The notes beneath the pieces are model-generated. The model worked only from the letters and a program-made list of their open reading frames with translations, did not search any database and was not told the origin of the DNA. From the human T2T-CHM13v2.0 reference genome, Homo sapiens, in the NCBI RefSeq assembly GCF_009914755.1, contig NC_060927.1: a DNA stretch of 64,000 nucleotides. One strand, written 5' to 3'. Position numbers and translations under genes: made by a program. Every line of letters starts with the position of its first letter. The stretch's first letter is position 1. Below, in pieces: positions 1 through 11,399 of the stretch.

Positions 1-1040
1 AAATCCAAACAAACTTAAAAACATAAAACAAAAAATAACAATGCTACTTAGATGTCTCAGAGAAGTAAGGTCCCAGGGCAAATTGTCCCCAGAACTGGAG
101 AGAGACGGGCTAATACAGAGAATTATAACTTACTAGAGCAGAAATTCATATGCAAAAGCCCCTGTAAGAACCAGTTTTTTGGTAGGAAAACCTGACTTGT
201 AATTGTAGAATTGCTAAAAGCCCAAAATAAACCATTTGAGATTTAAAAACTTCAGGGAGGAGGTCCATTCATCGGGAGGCTTCCACACTTTTATGTTTTA
301 TTACCAGGAGCTCTACCAGGTTCTCATAGGAGAATAGTTCCTTAATGCTCTGGCAAGGAGATAGGAAAAAAAAATCATTTGAATATATGTTAGAATATTC
401 TGTTTTTCTTAACAAGGCCTGCCTTCAGGAGAAACTATTTTACTAGAGCCTAATCTACTAGGATCTTATCAGAACTTAACCTATCTAGGGAAAGGGAAAT
501 ACCCAACTTCAATTATTTTCTTGCCATCCTGTCCAACCTAAGTGGATTCCAAGGGGAGAACTAAGAAGCACTGGTGAAGTTCATAGTCCAATGGCACAAG
601 CTCACCAGAAACCTGAGACCTAATCACAGGACTATAGAAAATTTCCTCTCCCCTCTACAGTCCTTACCACCCCATTATTAAAAGTTTGTTTTACTGTAGT
701 AAAAATGAGTATAATTGATATCCTAAAAATAGCAGAGAAAATGGAATCATATAAAATTCTCAACTGAAACCACAAAAGGCAAAAAAAGTGTGAAAGATGA
801 AAATAGAAATAAAGAACAAAGACTGTAACAAAAAAACAGTTATAACTATGACAAATATCAACCTAACTGTATTCATAATCACTTTCAACATCGATAGTCT
901 ACATACATTAATTAAAAGACAGAGGTTGTCGCAGTTGATCAAAAAGCAAGACCTAACTATATGCTGTCCATGAGAAACCTAATTTGAGCACAAATACACA
1001 AGCAGATTAAAAGTAAAGGGATGAAGAAAGGTATATTATG

Positions 1041-1442
1041 AACTATGGAATGAAAGTTTTCCCCCCAAATTAATATGTTAAAATCTTTAACTTCAATGTA
1101 ATGGTATTAATAGGTAGGGCTGTTTAGGGGCAATTAAGTTATAAGGGGGAGCTCTCATAAATGCAATTAATGTTCTTTTTTGTTTGTTTGTTTGAGATGG
1201 AGTCTTGCTCTGTCGCCCAGGCTGGAGTGCAGTGGAAAGAGCTCTCTAGCCTTTTTTTTTTCTGTCATACAGTAAGAAGACTATAGTCTGCAACCCAGAT
1301 GGGGGCCCTTACCAGAACCAGACCATTCTGACATCCTGATTTCAGACTTCTAGCCTTCAGGACAGTGAGAATTCAATTTGCATGGTTTATAAGCTACCCA
1401 GTATATGGTACTTTGTTATAGTACCTCAAACTGGCTAAGACA
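1041..1442 (+). mobile_element. MLT1A-type MaLR 5' LTR
   Basis: Typical MLT1A motifs (ccccccaaat..atgttaaaatc; cagacttctagccttcag; tatggtactttgttatag..ctaagaca); paralogous to 3496-3830. Confidence 0.8.
1175..1235 (-). mobile_element. Truncated Alu 3' fragment inside the MLT1A LTR
   Basis: T-rich tail followed by gagatggagtcttgctctgtcgcccaggctggagtgcagtgg. Confidence 0.85.
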
Positions 1443-3495
1443 GAAATTAGTACTGAAAATTAGGAGTGTCACTGTAAAAAATACCCAAAAGTGTGGAAGT
1501 GATTTAGAAAGTGGGTAATTAATAGAGATTGGAAGAGTTATGAAGCATGTGCTAGAGAAAGCCTATGCCATGGACTTTTAAAGGTGATTCTGCTGAGAGT
1601 TCAGAAAGAAAAGAGGAGAGTGGTACAGAAAGTTTCTGCCTTCTAAGAGAAGACCTAAGTATCCATGAACAGAATTCTGATAGAAATATACATTTCTAAG
1701 AGCCATTCTGATGAGATCTGAGACAGAAATGAGGAGCATGTAGTTGAACGATGGAGAAAAGGTGATTCTTGCTATATAGTGGCAAATAATTTGGCTGACT
1801 TGTGTTCATGTTATAGCATTTTGTGGAAAGTAGAAACTGCACTGGCGTTGGATATATAGCTGAGATTTCTAAGCAAAGTGTAGAAGGAGCTGCTTGGTTT
1901 TTCCTGACTCCTTATGGTAAAATACAAAAGGAGAGAAATAAATTGCAGATAAAATTATTAATCAAAAAAGATTAAATCTTAAAATTTGGAAAATTCTCAG
2001 CCTATTTGTATTGTAAAAAAATAAAGAAGGATGTTTGGAATAGTAAAGGTGTGGCCAAGTGGCCATTTGATAAGGAGATTAGCATGGATGTGAATCATTT
2101 ACTTAATCAACCATTTCAACAAAAATCAGAAATAGAGAGGGGAACTATTTTTCAGGTGGAGCTAAAGGAAACAGAGAAGATAGGACAAAATTAAAGAAGA
2201 CTATTGATATTCTTAGACTCTGCAGGACTGGATCATAGAACTATTCATCTGCAAATACATGTGTCAAGACAAGGGAAGAAGGCCTTGAAGGAGATTCGAG
2301 ATTATCAGGGTTACCACTCCCACTATAGCTTCAGAATGCACAGGCCCAAATGGCAGGGTTGCCTCCACTTCAATTGTGGAGTATGGGACCAATACTCAGC
2401 TGAGCCGTGGGGGTGGTGCTGCCTGGAAGAATCCTAAGGGTGTAACCCCTGTACCAAACAGAAAACTACAGAATAAGCAGGTCCTCTGAAGAGAGCCACA
2501 GTATAGCAGTTCCCTGCTGGCTGTGGGGGTGATGTAGCAAGAATGAAAGGAAGTAAAATACATTTGGAAGAGGGCCAAGTGGGTAACTTGAGAGATCCAA
2601 GTGCTCCATCTAACTCTTGACTTGGGCTTTTATACATTGGCATAGTTCTGGGGTTTTCTGGGGTTTTGTGCTCTCCTACCTTGATTTTTCCTTGGGGCGG
2701 GTTGTCAGCATCACTTGGGAGGGGCCATATGCACAGCGTATTTACTGAAGCTGTGTGTATGCTCATTTGAGGCATTTTTCCCTTACTAGTCAAGTGTTCC
2801 TAAAGGAACGTCATATACCAGTTAAACTGCCATTTTGCCTCTCAGTTTGCATGCTTAAGCCTACTCACCCAACACCTGAGATCTTACTGGGCTACTGCTA
2901 ATCACCAGCTTCAGGTGTTTTCTATCTGTTGGGAGCCTGCCTTTCCCTGGCACCAGCTGCAACCAATGATTATTTTAGAGAGACAGTTTAACAACCTCCT
3001 GACCCTCACCTGATGGTTGCCTAATGTTCCGGGGAAGGTAAGCCTCTCTGCCCTGCGCATGTCTGCCTAGCTACCTACTATAATAGAACCTCTTTCCCAG
3101 TGGCCCTGGGGGGCAGAGTATGGAGCCAAAAAGGATATTCTCAAGCCTTTAGATCTCATGTAGTTGCCTTGGCTTGCTTGGGACTCATCATCCCTTCCTG
3201 CTTTCCTAATCCTCCCTTTTGGAATAGAAACATCTGTCCTATGCCTATTCCAACATTGTGTTCTGGAAGCATATAGCTTGTTTGATTTCACAGGCTTGCA
3301 GCTGGAGGGAAGTATTGCCTCGGTATAAATTATACCTTGAGTCTCATCCATATCTAATATAGAAGATATTTAGAGGAGACATTGGAATTAGACTTTGAAA
3401 TTGATTCTAGAAAAATTTCAGAATTTTGGATAGATGGGATGGAAAGAATGTATTTTACAAGCTTGAATGACATAAATCTGGGGGTTCCATGGGTG
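1443..3495 (+). mobile_element. MLT1A internal region (MaLR-int), interrupted by an ERV1 LTR
   Basis: Follows the LTR with gaaattagtactgaaa..ggagtg; MaLR-int motifs (ttggaagagtt, gagatttctaagcaaagtgtagaagg); closed by a second LTR. Confidence 0.75.
2530..3085 (-). mobile_element. ERV1 solo LTR, MER50-like
   Basis: Motifs ggaagagggccaag..acttgagagatc and catataccagttaaact..ccattttgcctct; terminus gtctgcctagctacctactataata. Left boundary approximate. Confidence 0.65.
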
Positions 3496-3830
3496 GAATA
3501 TTATGTACTGAATGCTTAAGTGCTCTCAAAATTTATATGATAAAATCCTAACCCTCAATGTGATGGTATGAGGAGATGGCATTTTTGGAGATAATTAAAT
3601 TACGAGAGAAGAGCCCCATGAATGAATAAGACACTAGAATGCTTTCTAGCCCTCTTTCCATCATGTGAGGATGCAACAAGAGACTGCAGTCTGCAACCTG
3701 GAAGAGAGCCCTCATGCTGACACCCTGATCTTGGACTTCCAGCCTCCAGAACTGTAAGACATAAGTTTTGTTGCTTATAAACCACTCAATCTATGGTACT
3801 TTGTTATAGCAGCCTGAACTAACTAAGACA
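3496..3830 (+). mobile_element. MLT1A-type MaLR 3' LTR
   Basis: aatcctaaccctcaatgtgatggtat...cttggacttccagcctccagaactgtaaga...ctaagaca. Confidence 0.85.
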
Positions 3831-4489
3831 CCATGTTAACACTAATTAAAAGAAAGAAGGAGTAGTTATACAGAAGTCCTTTGGTATCCAGGGGAGATTG
3901 GTTTCAGGACCCACTGCAGATACCAGCATCCACAGATGCCCAAGTCCCCTATATAAAATGGTGTAGCATTTGCATGTAACCTACACAATCATCCTGTATA
4001 TTTTAAATCATCTCTAGATTACTTATAATGCCTAGTAAAAATTAAATACTATATAAATAGTTATACTATATTATTTTTATTACTTTTATTGCTGTATTGT
4101 TATTTTTTATTCCTTTTTGGGGATATATATATTTTTTATTTACCATGAGTTATTGGGGTACAGGTGGTATTGATTATATGAGTAAGTTCTTTAGTGGTGA
4201 TTTGTGAGCTCCTGGTGCACCCATTACCCATGCAGTATACAGTGAACCATATATGTTGTCTTTTATCTCTCGCCCTCCCCCCACTCTTCCCCCCAAGTCC
4301 CCCAGGTCCATTATATCATTCTTATGCCTTTGCATCCTCATAGCTTAGATCCCACGTATCAGTGAGAACATACGATGTTTGCTTTTCCATTCCTGAGTTA
4401 CTTCATTTAGAATAATAGTCTCCAGTCTCATCCAGGTCATTGCAAATGCTGTTAATTCATTCCTTTTTGTGGCTGAATAATATTCCATC

Positions 4490-5233
4490 ATATATATATG
4501 TATATATATGTGTATATATATGTATATACACATGCATATATATGTATATATGTATACACACATGCATATATGTATATATGTATACACACGTGCATATATG
4601 TATATATGTATACACACGTGCATATATGTATATATGTATACACACGTGCATATATGTGTATATATGTATATACACGTGCATATATGTGTATATATGTATA
4701 TACACGTGCATATATGTGTATATATGTATATACACGTGCATATATGTGTATATATGTATATACACGTGCATATATGTATATATGTATATACACGTGCATA
4801 TATGTATATATGTATATACACGTGCATATATATGTATATATATGTATATACACGTGCATATATATGTATATATATGTATATACACGTGCATATATATGTA
4901 TATATGTATATACATGTGCATATATATGTATATACATGTGCATATATATGCATATATATGTATATACATGTGCATATATATGCATATATATGTATATACA
5001 TGTGCATATATGCATATATATGTATATACATGTGCATATATATGCATATATGTATATACATGTGCATATATATGTATATATGTATATACATGTGCATATA
5101 TATGTATATATGTATATACATGTGCATATATATGTATATATGTATATACATGTGCATATATATGTGTATATGTATATACATGTGCATATATATGTGTATA
5201 TGTATATACTTGTGCATATATATGTATATATAT
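4490..5233. repeat. AT-rich minisatellite of 28-30 bp units (e.g. tatatgtgtatatatgtatatacacgtgca) with near-perfect purine/pyrimidine alternation
   Basis: Directly visible tandem units; it produces the spurious stop-free Y/I/C/M/H ORFs in all six frames. Confidence 0.97.
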
Positions 5234-5386
5234 GATGGAATATATATTGTATATAATGGTGTCACATTTGTATATAACCTACACAGTCCTCCTGTATATT
5301 TTAAATCATGTCTACATTACTTACATTACTTATAATACCTAGTAAAATATAAATACTATATAAGTAGTTTTATATATAAAGAGACC

Positions 5387-5396
5387 TATCTATCTG

Positions 5397-5431
<35 letters not shown>

Positions 5432-5445
5432 GTCTGTCTGTCTAT
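5387..5445. repeat. (TATC)n/(TGTC)n tetranucleotide microsatellite
   Basis: Direct reading. Confidence 0.95.
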
Positions 5446-8400
5446 CTTTATCCACTTGTTGACTGATGGGCATTTGGGTTGGTTCCATGATTTTGCAATT
5501 GTGAATTGTGCTGCTATAAGCATGCATGTGCAAGTATCTTTTTTCAATAATGGCTTCTTTTCCTCTGGGTAGATACCCTGTAGTGGGATTGCTGGATCAA
5601 ATGGTAGTTCTACTTTTAGTTCTTTAAGGAATCTCCATAGCGGCTATACTAGTTTACATTCCTACCAGCAGTGTAGAAGTGTTCCCTGATGGCTGCATCC
5701 ATACCAACATATTTTGTTATTTGATTTTTTGATTATGGCCATTCTTGCAGGAGTGAGGTGGTATCACATTGTGGTTTTGATTTGCATTTCTCTGATCATT
5801 AATGATGTTGAGCATTTTATTATATATTTGTTGGCCATTTGTAGGTCTTCTTTTGAGAATTGTCTATTCATGTTCTTAGCCCACTTTTTGATGGGATTGT
5901 TTGTTTTTTTCTTACTGATTTGTTTGAGTTAGTTGTAGTTTCTGGATATTAGTCGTTTGTCCGATGTATAGATTGTGAAAATTTTCTCCCACTCTGTGGG
6001 TTGTCTGTTTACTTTGCTGACTATTCCTTTTGCCATGCAAAAGCTCTTTAGTTTAATTAGGTCCCAGTTATTTATCTTGGTTTGTATTGCATTTGCTTTT
6101 GGGTTTTTGGTCATGGAATCCTTGCCTAAACCAATGTCTATAAGGGTTCTTCCAATGTTATCTTCTAGAATGTTTATAGTTTCAGGTCTTCAGTTTAAGT
6201 CCTTAATCCATCTTGAGTTGATTTTCTATAAGGTGAGAAGTGAGGATCCAGTTTCATTCTGCTACATGTGGCTAGCCAGTTATCCCAGGAGCATTTGTTG
6301 AAAAGGGTGTCCTTTCCCCACTTGGTGTTTTTGTTTGCTTTGTCAAAGATCAGTTGTCTGTAAGTATTTGGGTTTATTTCTGGGTTCTCTGTTCTGTTCC
6401 ATTGGTCTATGTGCCTATTTTTATACTAGTACTATGCTGTTTTGGTGACTATGGCCTTACGGTATAGTTTGAAATCAGGTAGTGTGATGCCTCCAGAATT
6501 GTTCTTTTTGCTTGGTCTTGCTTTGGCTATGTAGGCTCTTTTTTGGTTCCATGTGAAGTTTAGAATTTTTTTTTTCTAATTCTGTGAACAGTGATTGTGG
6601 TATTTTGATGGGGATTGCATTGAATTTGGAGATAGCTTTTGGCAGTACAGTCATTTTCACAATATAGATTCTACTGTCCGTGAGCATAGGATGTGTTTTC
6701 ATTTGTTTGTGTCATCTATGATTTCTTTCAGCAGTGATTTATAGTTTTCCTTGCAGAAGTCTTTCTACTCCTTTGTTACATATATTCCTAAGTTTTTTTT
6801 TTTTTTTGGCAACTTTTGTAAAAGGGATTGATTTCTTGATTTGATTCTCTATTTGGTCATTGTTGTTGCATAGAAGAGCTACTGATTTGTGAACATTAAT
6901 CTTGTATCCAGAAACTTTGCTGAATTCTTTTATCAGTTCTAGGAGCTTTCTGGAGGAGTCCTTAGGATTTGCAAGGTAAACGATCATATAGCTAGCAAAC
7001 AGGGACAGTTTGACTTCCTTCTTACCGATTTGGATGCCTTTTATTTCCTTCTCTTGTCTGATTGTTCTGGCTAGGACTTCCAGTACTCTGTTGAAGAGGA
7101 GTGGTGAGAGTGGGCATCATTATGTTCTTCCCATTCTCAGAGGGAATGCTTTCAACTTTTCCCCATTCAGTATTATGTTGGCTGTGAGTTTGTCATAGAT
7201 GGCTTTTATTACATTAATCTATGTCTATAGTATGCCGATTTTGCTGAGAGTTTTAATCATAAAGAGATGCTGGATTTTGTCGAATGCTTTTTCTGAATCT
7301 ATTGAGATGATCTTGTGATTTTTGTTTGTAGTTCTTATGTGGTGTATCACATTTATTGACTTGTGTATGTTAAACCATTCCTGCATCCCCGGTATGAAAC
7401 CCACTTGATCATGGTGGATTATCTTTTTGCTATGTTGTTAGATTTGGTTAGCCAGTATTTTGTTAAGGACTTCAGCATCTATGTTCATTAAGGATATCTG
7501 TCTATAGTTTTCTTTTTTGGTTGTGTCCTTTCCTGGTTTGGGTATTAGGGTGATGCTGGCTTCATAAAATAAGTTAGGGGGTGTTCCTTCTTTCTCTGTC
7601 TTATGGAATAGTGTCAAAAGGATTGGTACCAATTCTTATTTGAATGTCTGGTAGAATTCTGCTGTGAATTTGTCTGGTCTTGGGCTTTTTTTGTTGGTAA
7701 TCTTTAAATTATCATTTCAATCTCGCTGCTTGTTATTGGTCTGTTCAGGGTATCTAATTCTTGCTGATTTAGCACCTACCTCAAAAAGTCTGAAAGAGCA
7801 GGAGGAGGGTTGTATTTTTCCAGGAATTTATCCATCTGTTCTAAGTTTGCTAGTTTATGTGCACAAAGGTGTTCATAGTAGCCTTGTGTGATCTTTTGTA
7901 TTTCAGTGGTGTCAGTTGTAATATCTCCTGTTTCATTTCTCAGTGAGGTTATGTGGATTTTCTCTCTTCTTTTCTTGGTTAATCTTGCTAATGGTCTATC
8001 AATTTTATTTACCCTTTCAAAGAATCAGGTTTTTGTTTCATTTGTCTTTTGTATTTTTTTTTGTTTGTTTGTTTCAATTTCATATAGTTCTGCTCTGATT
8101 TTGGTTATTTCCTTTCTTCTGCTGGGTTTGGGTTTGGTTTGTTCTTGTTTCTAGTTCCTTGAGGTGTGACCTTAGATTGTCTGTTTGTGCTCTTTCAGAT
8201 ATTTTGATGTAGGCATTTAGGGCTATGAACTTTCCTCTTAGCACCACCTTAACTGTATCCCAGAGGTTTTGATAGGTTGTGTCATTATTGTCATTCGGTT
8301 TGAATAATTTTTTAATTTCCATCTTAATTTTCCTTTTGACCCGATGCTCATTTAGGAGCAGGTTATTTAATTTCCATGTATTTGCATGGTTTTGAAGGTT

Positions 8401-9199
8401 TCTTTAGGACATGATTTCCAGTTTTATTCCACTGTGGTCTGAGAGAGTGCTTGATACTATTTCAATTTTCTTAAATTTATTGAGGCTCATTTTATGGCCT
8501 ATCATATGGTCTATCTTGGAGAAAGTTCCATGTGCTGTTGAATAGAATGTGTATTCTGTGGTTGTTGGATGAAATGTTCTGTATGTATCTGTTAAGTCCA
8601 TTTGTTCCAGGGTATAGTTTAAATCCATTGTTTCTTTGTTGACTTTCTGTCTTGATAACCTGCCTAGTGCTGTTAGTGGAGTATTAAAGTTCCCCACTAT
8701 TATGGCGTTGCTGTCTGTCTCATTTCTTTGGTCTATTAGTAATTGTTTTTATAAATTTGGGAGCTCCAGTGTTAGGTGCATATACGTTTAGGATTGCCAT
8801 ATTTTCCTGTTAGACCAGGCCTTTTACCATTATATAATGTTCCTCTTTATCTCTTTTAACCACTGTTGCTTTAAAGTTTGTTTTGTCTGATATAAGAATA
8901 GCTACCCCTGATCGCTTTTGATGTCCATTTGCATGAAATGCCTTTTCTAACCCCACCCTTTTACTTTAAGTTTATGTGAATCCTTATGCGTTAGGTGTGT
9001 CTCCTGAAGATAGCAGATGGTTGGTGAGTTCTTATCCATCCTGTGGTTCTGTATCTTTTAAGTGGAGCATTTACACCATTTATATTCAATGTTAGTATTG
9101 AAATGTGGGGTACCGTTGCATTCATCATGCTCTTAGTTGCCTGTGTACTTTGTTTTTGTTTGTTTGTTTTTTAACTTCTATTTTTCTTTTATAGGTCCT

Positions 9200-10216
9200 G
9201 TGTGATTTGTGCTTTAAAGAGATTCTGTTTTAATGTGTTTCTAGGATTTAAGATTTAGAGTTCCTTTTAGCAGTTCTTGTAGTGGTGGCTTGGTAAAGGT
9301 GAATTCTCTTAGCATTTGTTTGTCTGAAAACGACTGTATATTTCCTTCATAGATGATGCTTAGTTTTGCTCGATATAAAATTCTTGTTTTGTTTGTTTGA
9401 GGAGGCTGAAAGATAGGGCCCCAATCCCTTCTAGTTTGTAGGGTTTCTGCTGAGAAACCTGCTGTTAATCTGATAGGTTTTCCTTTGTAGGTTACCTGTT
9501 GCTTCTGTCTCATACCTGTTAAGATTCTTTCCTTCGTGTTAACTCTGGATAACCGGATGACAATATGCTTAGGTGAAGATCTTTTTGCGATGAATTTCCC
9601 AGGTTGTTCTTTGTGCTGCTTGTATTTGCATGTCTAGGTCTCTAGCAATGGCAGGGAAGTTTTCCTTGATTATTCCCCCAAATATGTTTTCCAAGTGTTT
9701 AGAATTGTCTTTTTCCTCAGGAATGCTGATTATTCTTAGGTTTGGTTGTTTAACATCATCCCAGACTTCTTGGTGGCTTTGTTCCTATTTTATTATTCTT
9801 TTCTCTTTGTCTTTGTTGCATTGGATCAATTCGAAGACCTTGTCTTCAAGCTCTGAATTTCTTTCTTCTACTTATTCAACTCTATTGCTGAGACTTTCCA
9901 GAGCATTTTGCATTTCTAAAAGTGTGCCCAAAGTTTCCTGAATTTTTTATTGTTTTTTCTTTAAGCTATCGATTTTGTTGAATATTTCTCCCTTTACTTC
10001 TTGTATCATTTTTTGGATTTCCTTGCAACGGGCTTCACTTTTCTCTGGTCCCTCCCTAATTAGCTTAATAACTAACCTCCTGATTTCTTTTTCAGGTAAA
10101 TCAGGGATTTCGTCTTGGTTTGGATCCATTGCTGGTGAACTAGTGTGACTTCTAGAGGGTGTCGATTAGCCTTGTTTTGTCATATTACCAGAGTTGGTTT
10201 TCTGGTTCCTTCTCAT
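9200..10216 (-). pseudogene. L1 ORF1 remnant
   Basis: ATG at 10216; fragments MDPNQDEIPDLPEKEIRRLVIKL and QVTYKGKPIRLTAGFSAETLQTRRDWGPIF. Confidence 0.9.
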
Positions 10217-10307
10217 TTGGGTAGGCTCTGTCAGAGGGAACGTCTAGGGCTGAAGGCTGTTGTTCAGATGTTTTGTCCCACGAGGTGTTCCCTTGATGTA
10301 GTACTCT

Positions 10308-10511
10308 TGTAACGCCTAAGGTTCTTAGCCTAGCCAAGCCAAAGAATTGATGCAGTGGCTGACCACAGGAAGTGATAGAGACCCAGACCGAGAGAGAATG
10401 AGCAGTAGGTTTTATTGAGCAGAGCAGGAGTACAAAGCTTCCACAGCATGGAAGGGGTCCCAAACGGGTTGCCACTGCTGGTTTGGGTATTCACCTTTTA
10501 AGCTTTTTAAG
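10308..10511 (-). repeat. 3' LTR remnant (R/U5 only; U3 deleted) with AATAAA at 10411-10416
   Basis: Aligns to 17678-17880 only, then joins env sequence directly. Confidence 0.9.
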
Positions 10512-10530
10512 GCTTTTTAAGATTTTTAAG

Positions 10531-11133
10531 GTTCCACACTGTCCAGGAACAGAGACTGGGACATATGTTTGAAAACACAAGGGGAAACACATTTAACAAT
10601 TGGTTGGATTACTAGGAGAGGCCTCTTGTATTCCTGTAAGGGTGGTGTTAAATAGGCTTCAGAGACAAAAATGAGAGTTAAAAGTTTCTTGTAGCCTGGA
10701 AAGGTCTAATTTCTTGTATGGACTGGGAGTACTAGAAAGCTGTACTAAGTTTTTAATCACTTTTTGGATATGCCATTCTTTAGCCTCATCTTGGACACCT
10801 CCTCTGTCAGACATACCTATATGGGTATATATAATATGTCCAACAAGCGTTGGCCCCCCATTTCTCAGGGCAGTCAGCTCAGATTATTTTTCCTTGGTGA
10901 TATGTACGGCCATTGTGAGAGCAGAGAGAAGCAGTTTTATAACATTCTCTTCTCATGTAAGTATATGCGACAAAAGATGCGGGTGCTTGGAAGGGGCTAC
11001 CTAATCCCCAAGAGTTTCTGAGAGAATGCCAGTTGACTCTTCCAGGAGAGGCACACTGACATGTGGTGTGTGTAGTAGTTAGAGAAAGGGATATGAGTAT
11101 GAAGAAGGTGTCAGGAAGCCTAAGAGGAGTCAT
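10531..11133 (-). pseudogene. env: env remnant: signal peptide plus N-terminal SU, syncytin-1/HERV-W-like; TM absent
   Basis: MTPLRLPDTFFILISLSLTTT-CQC...FVAYTYMRRECYKTASLC...; downstream, across a stop and frameshift, CWTY, SDRGGVQDEAK, SPYKKLDLS, SLFNTTLTG and NPTNC*MC. Confidence 0.85.
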
Positions 11134-11399
11134 GACGTGTTGTAAGTGGAACGGTCGTAGGAAAGAGGAGGGAAAAAGGAGTAAATTGCTGTTAGAAGAA
11201 AGGATCATAGAAGAAAGGTTGATGTGGTTAAGATTTTTGTCCCGGCTGGAGCTACAGTATATAATCTACTGCAAATAGTATAGTTAGTATACTGCTTAAT
11301 AATGTAATGAAACAGTAGAAGGATTCTATTAAAGAGAGCAAGGAGAGATGTCAAAGTTCATGTACGTTTTTTACTTATCCTCCTTTAGGTAGAGAGAAG

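Larger units (their letters stand above)
4345..9128 (-). pseudogene. L1 ORF2 (endonuclease/reverse transcriptase) remnant with many stops and frameshifts
   Basis: ORF fragments GNFNTPL...FSKIDHM...[44 protein letters not shown], and C-terminus [11 protein letters not shown]...HRMFSLIRG. Confidence 0.93.

Noticed and set aside
4490-5233. CRISPR-like array of ~30-bp repeats
   Set aside because: No unique spacers, no cas genes and mammalian context; it is a tandem minisatellite.
4345-5342. Six overlapping 175-306 aa ORFs rich in Y/I/C/M/H
   Set aside because: Artefact: strictly alternating RY sequence cannot contain stop codons. Only the last ~47 aa of 4345..5265 are real (L1 ORF2 C-terminus).
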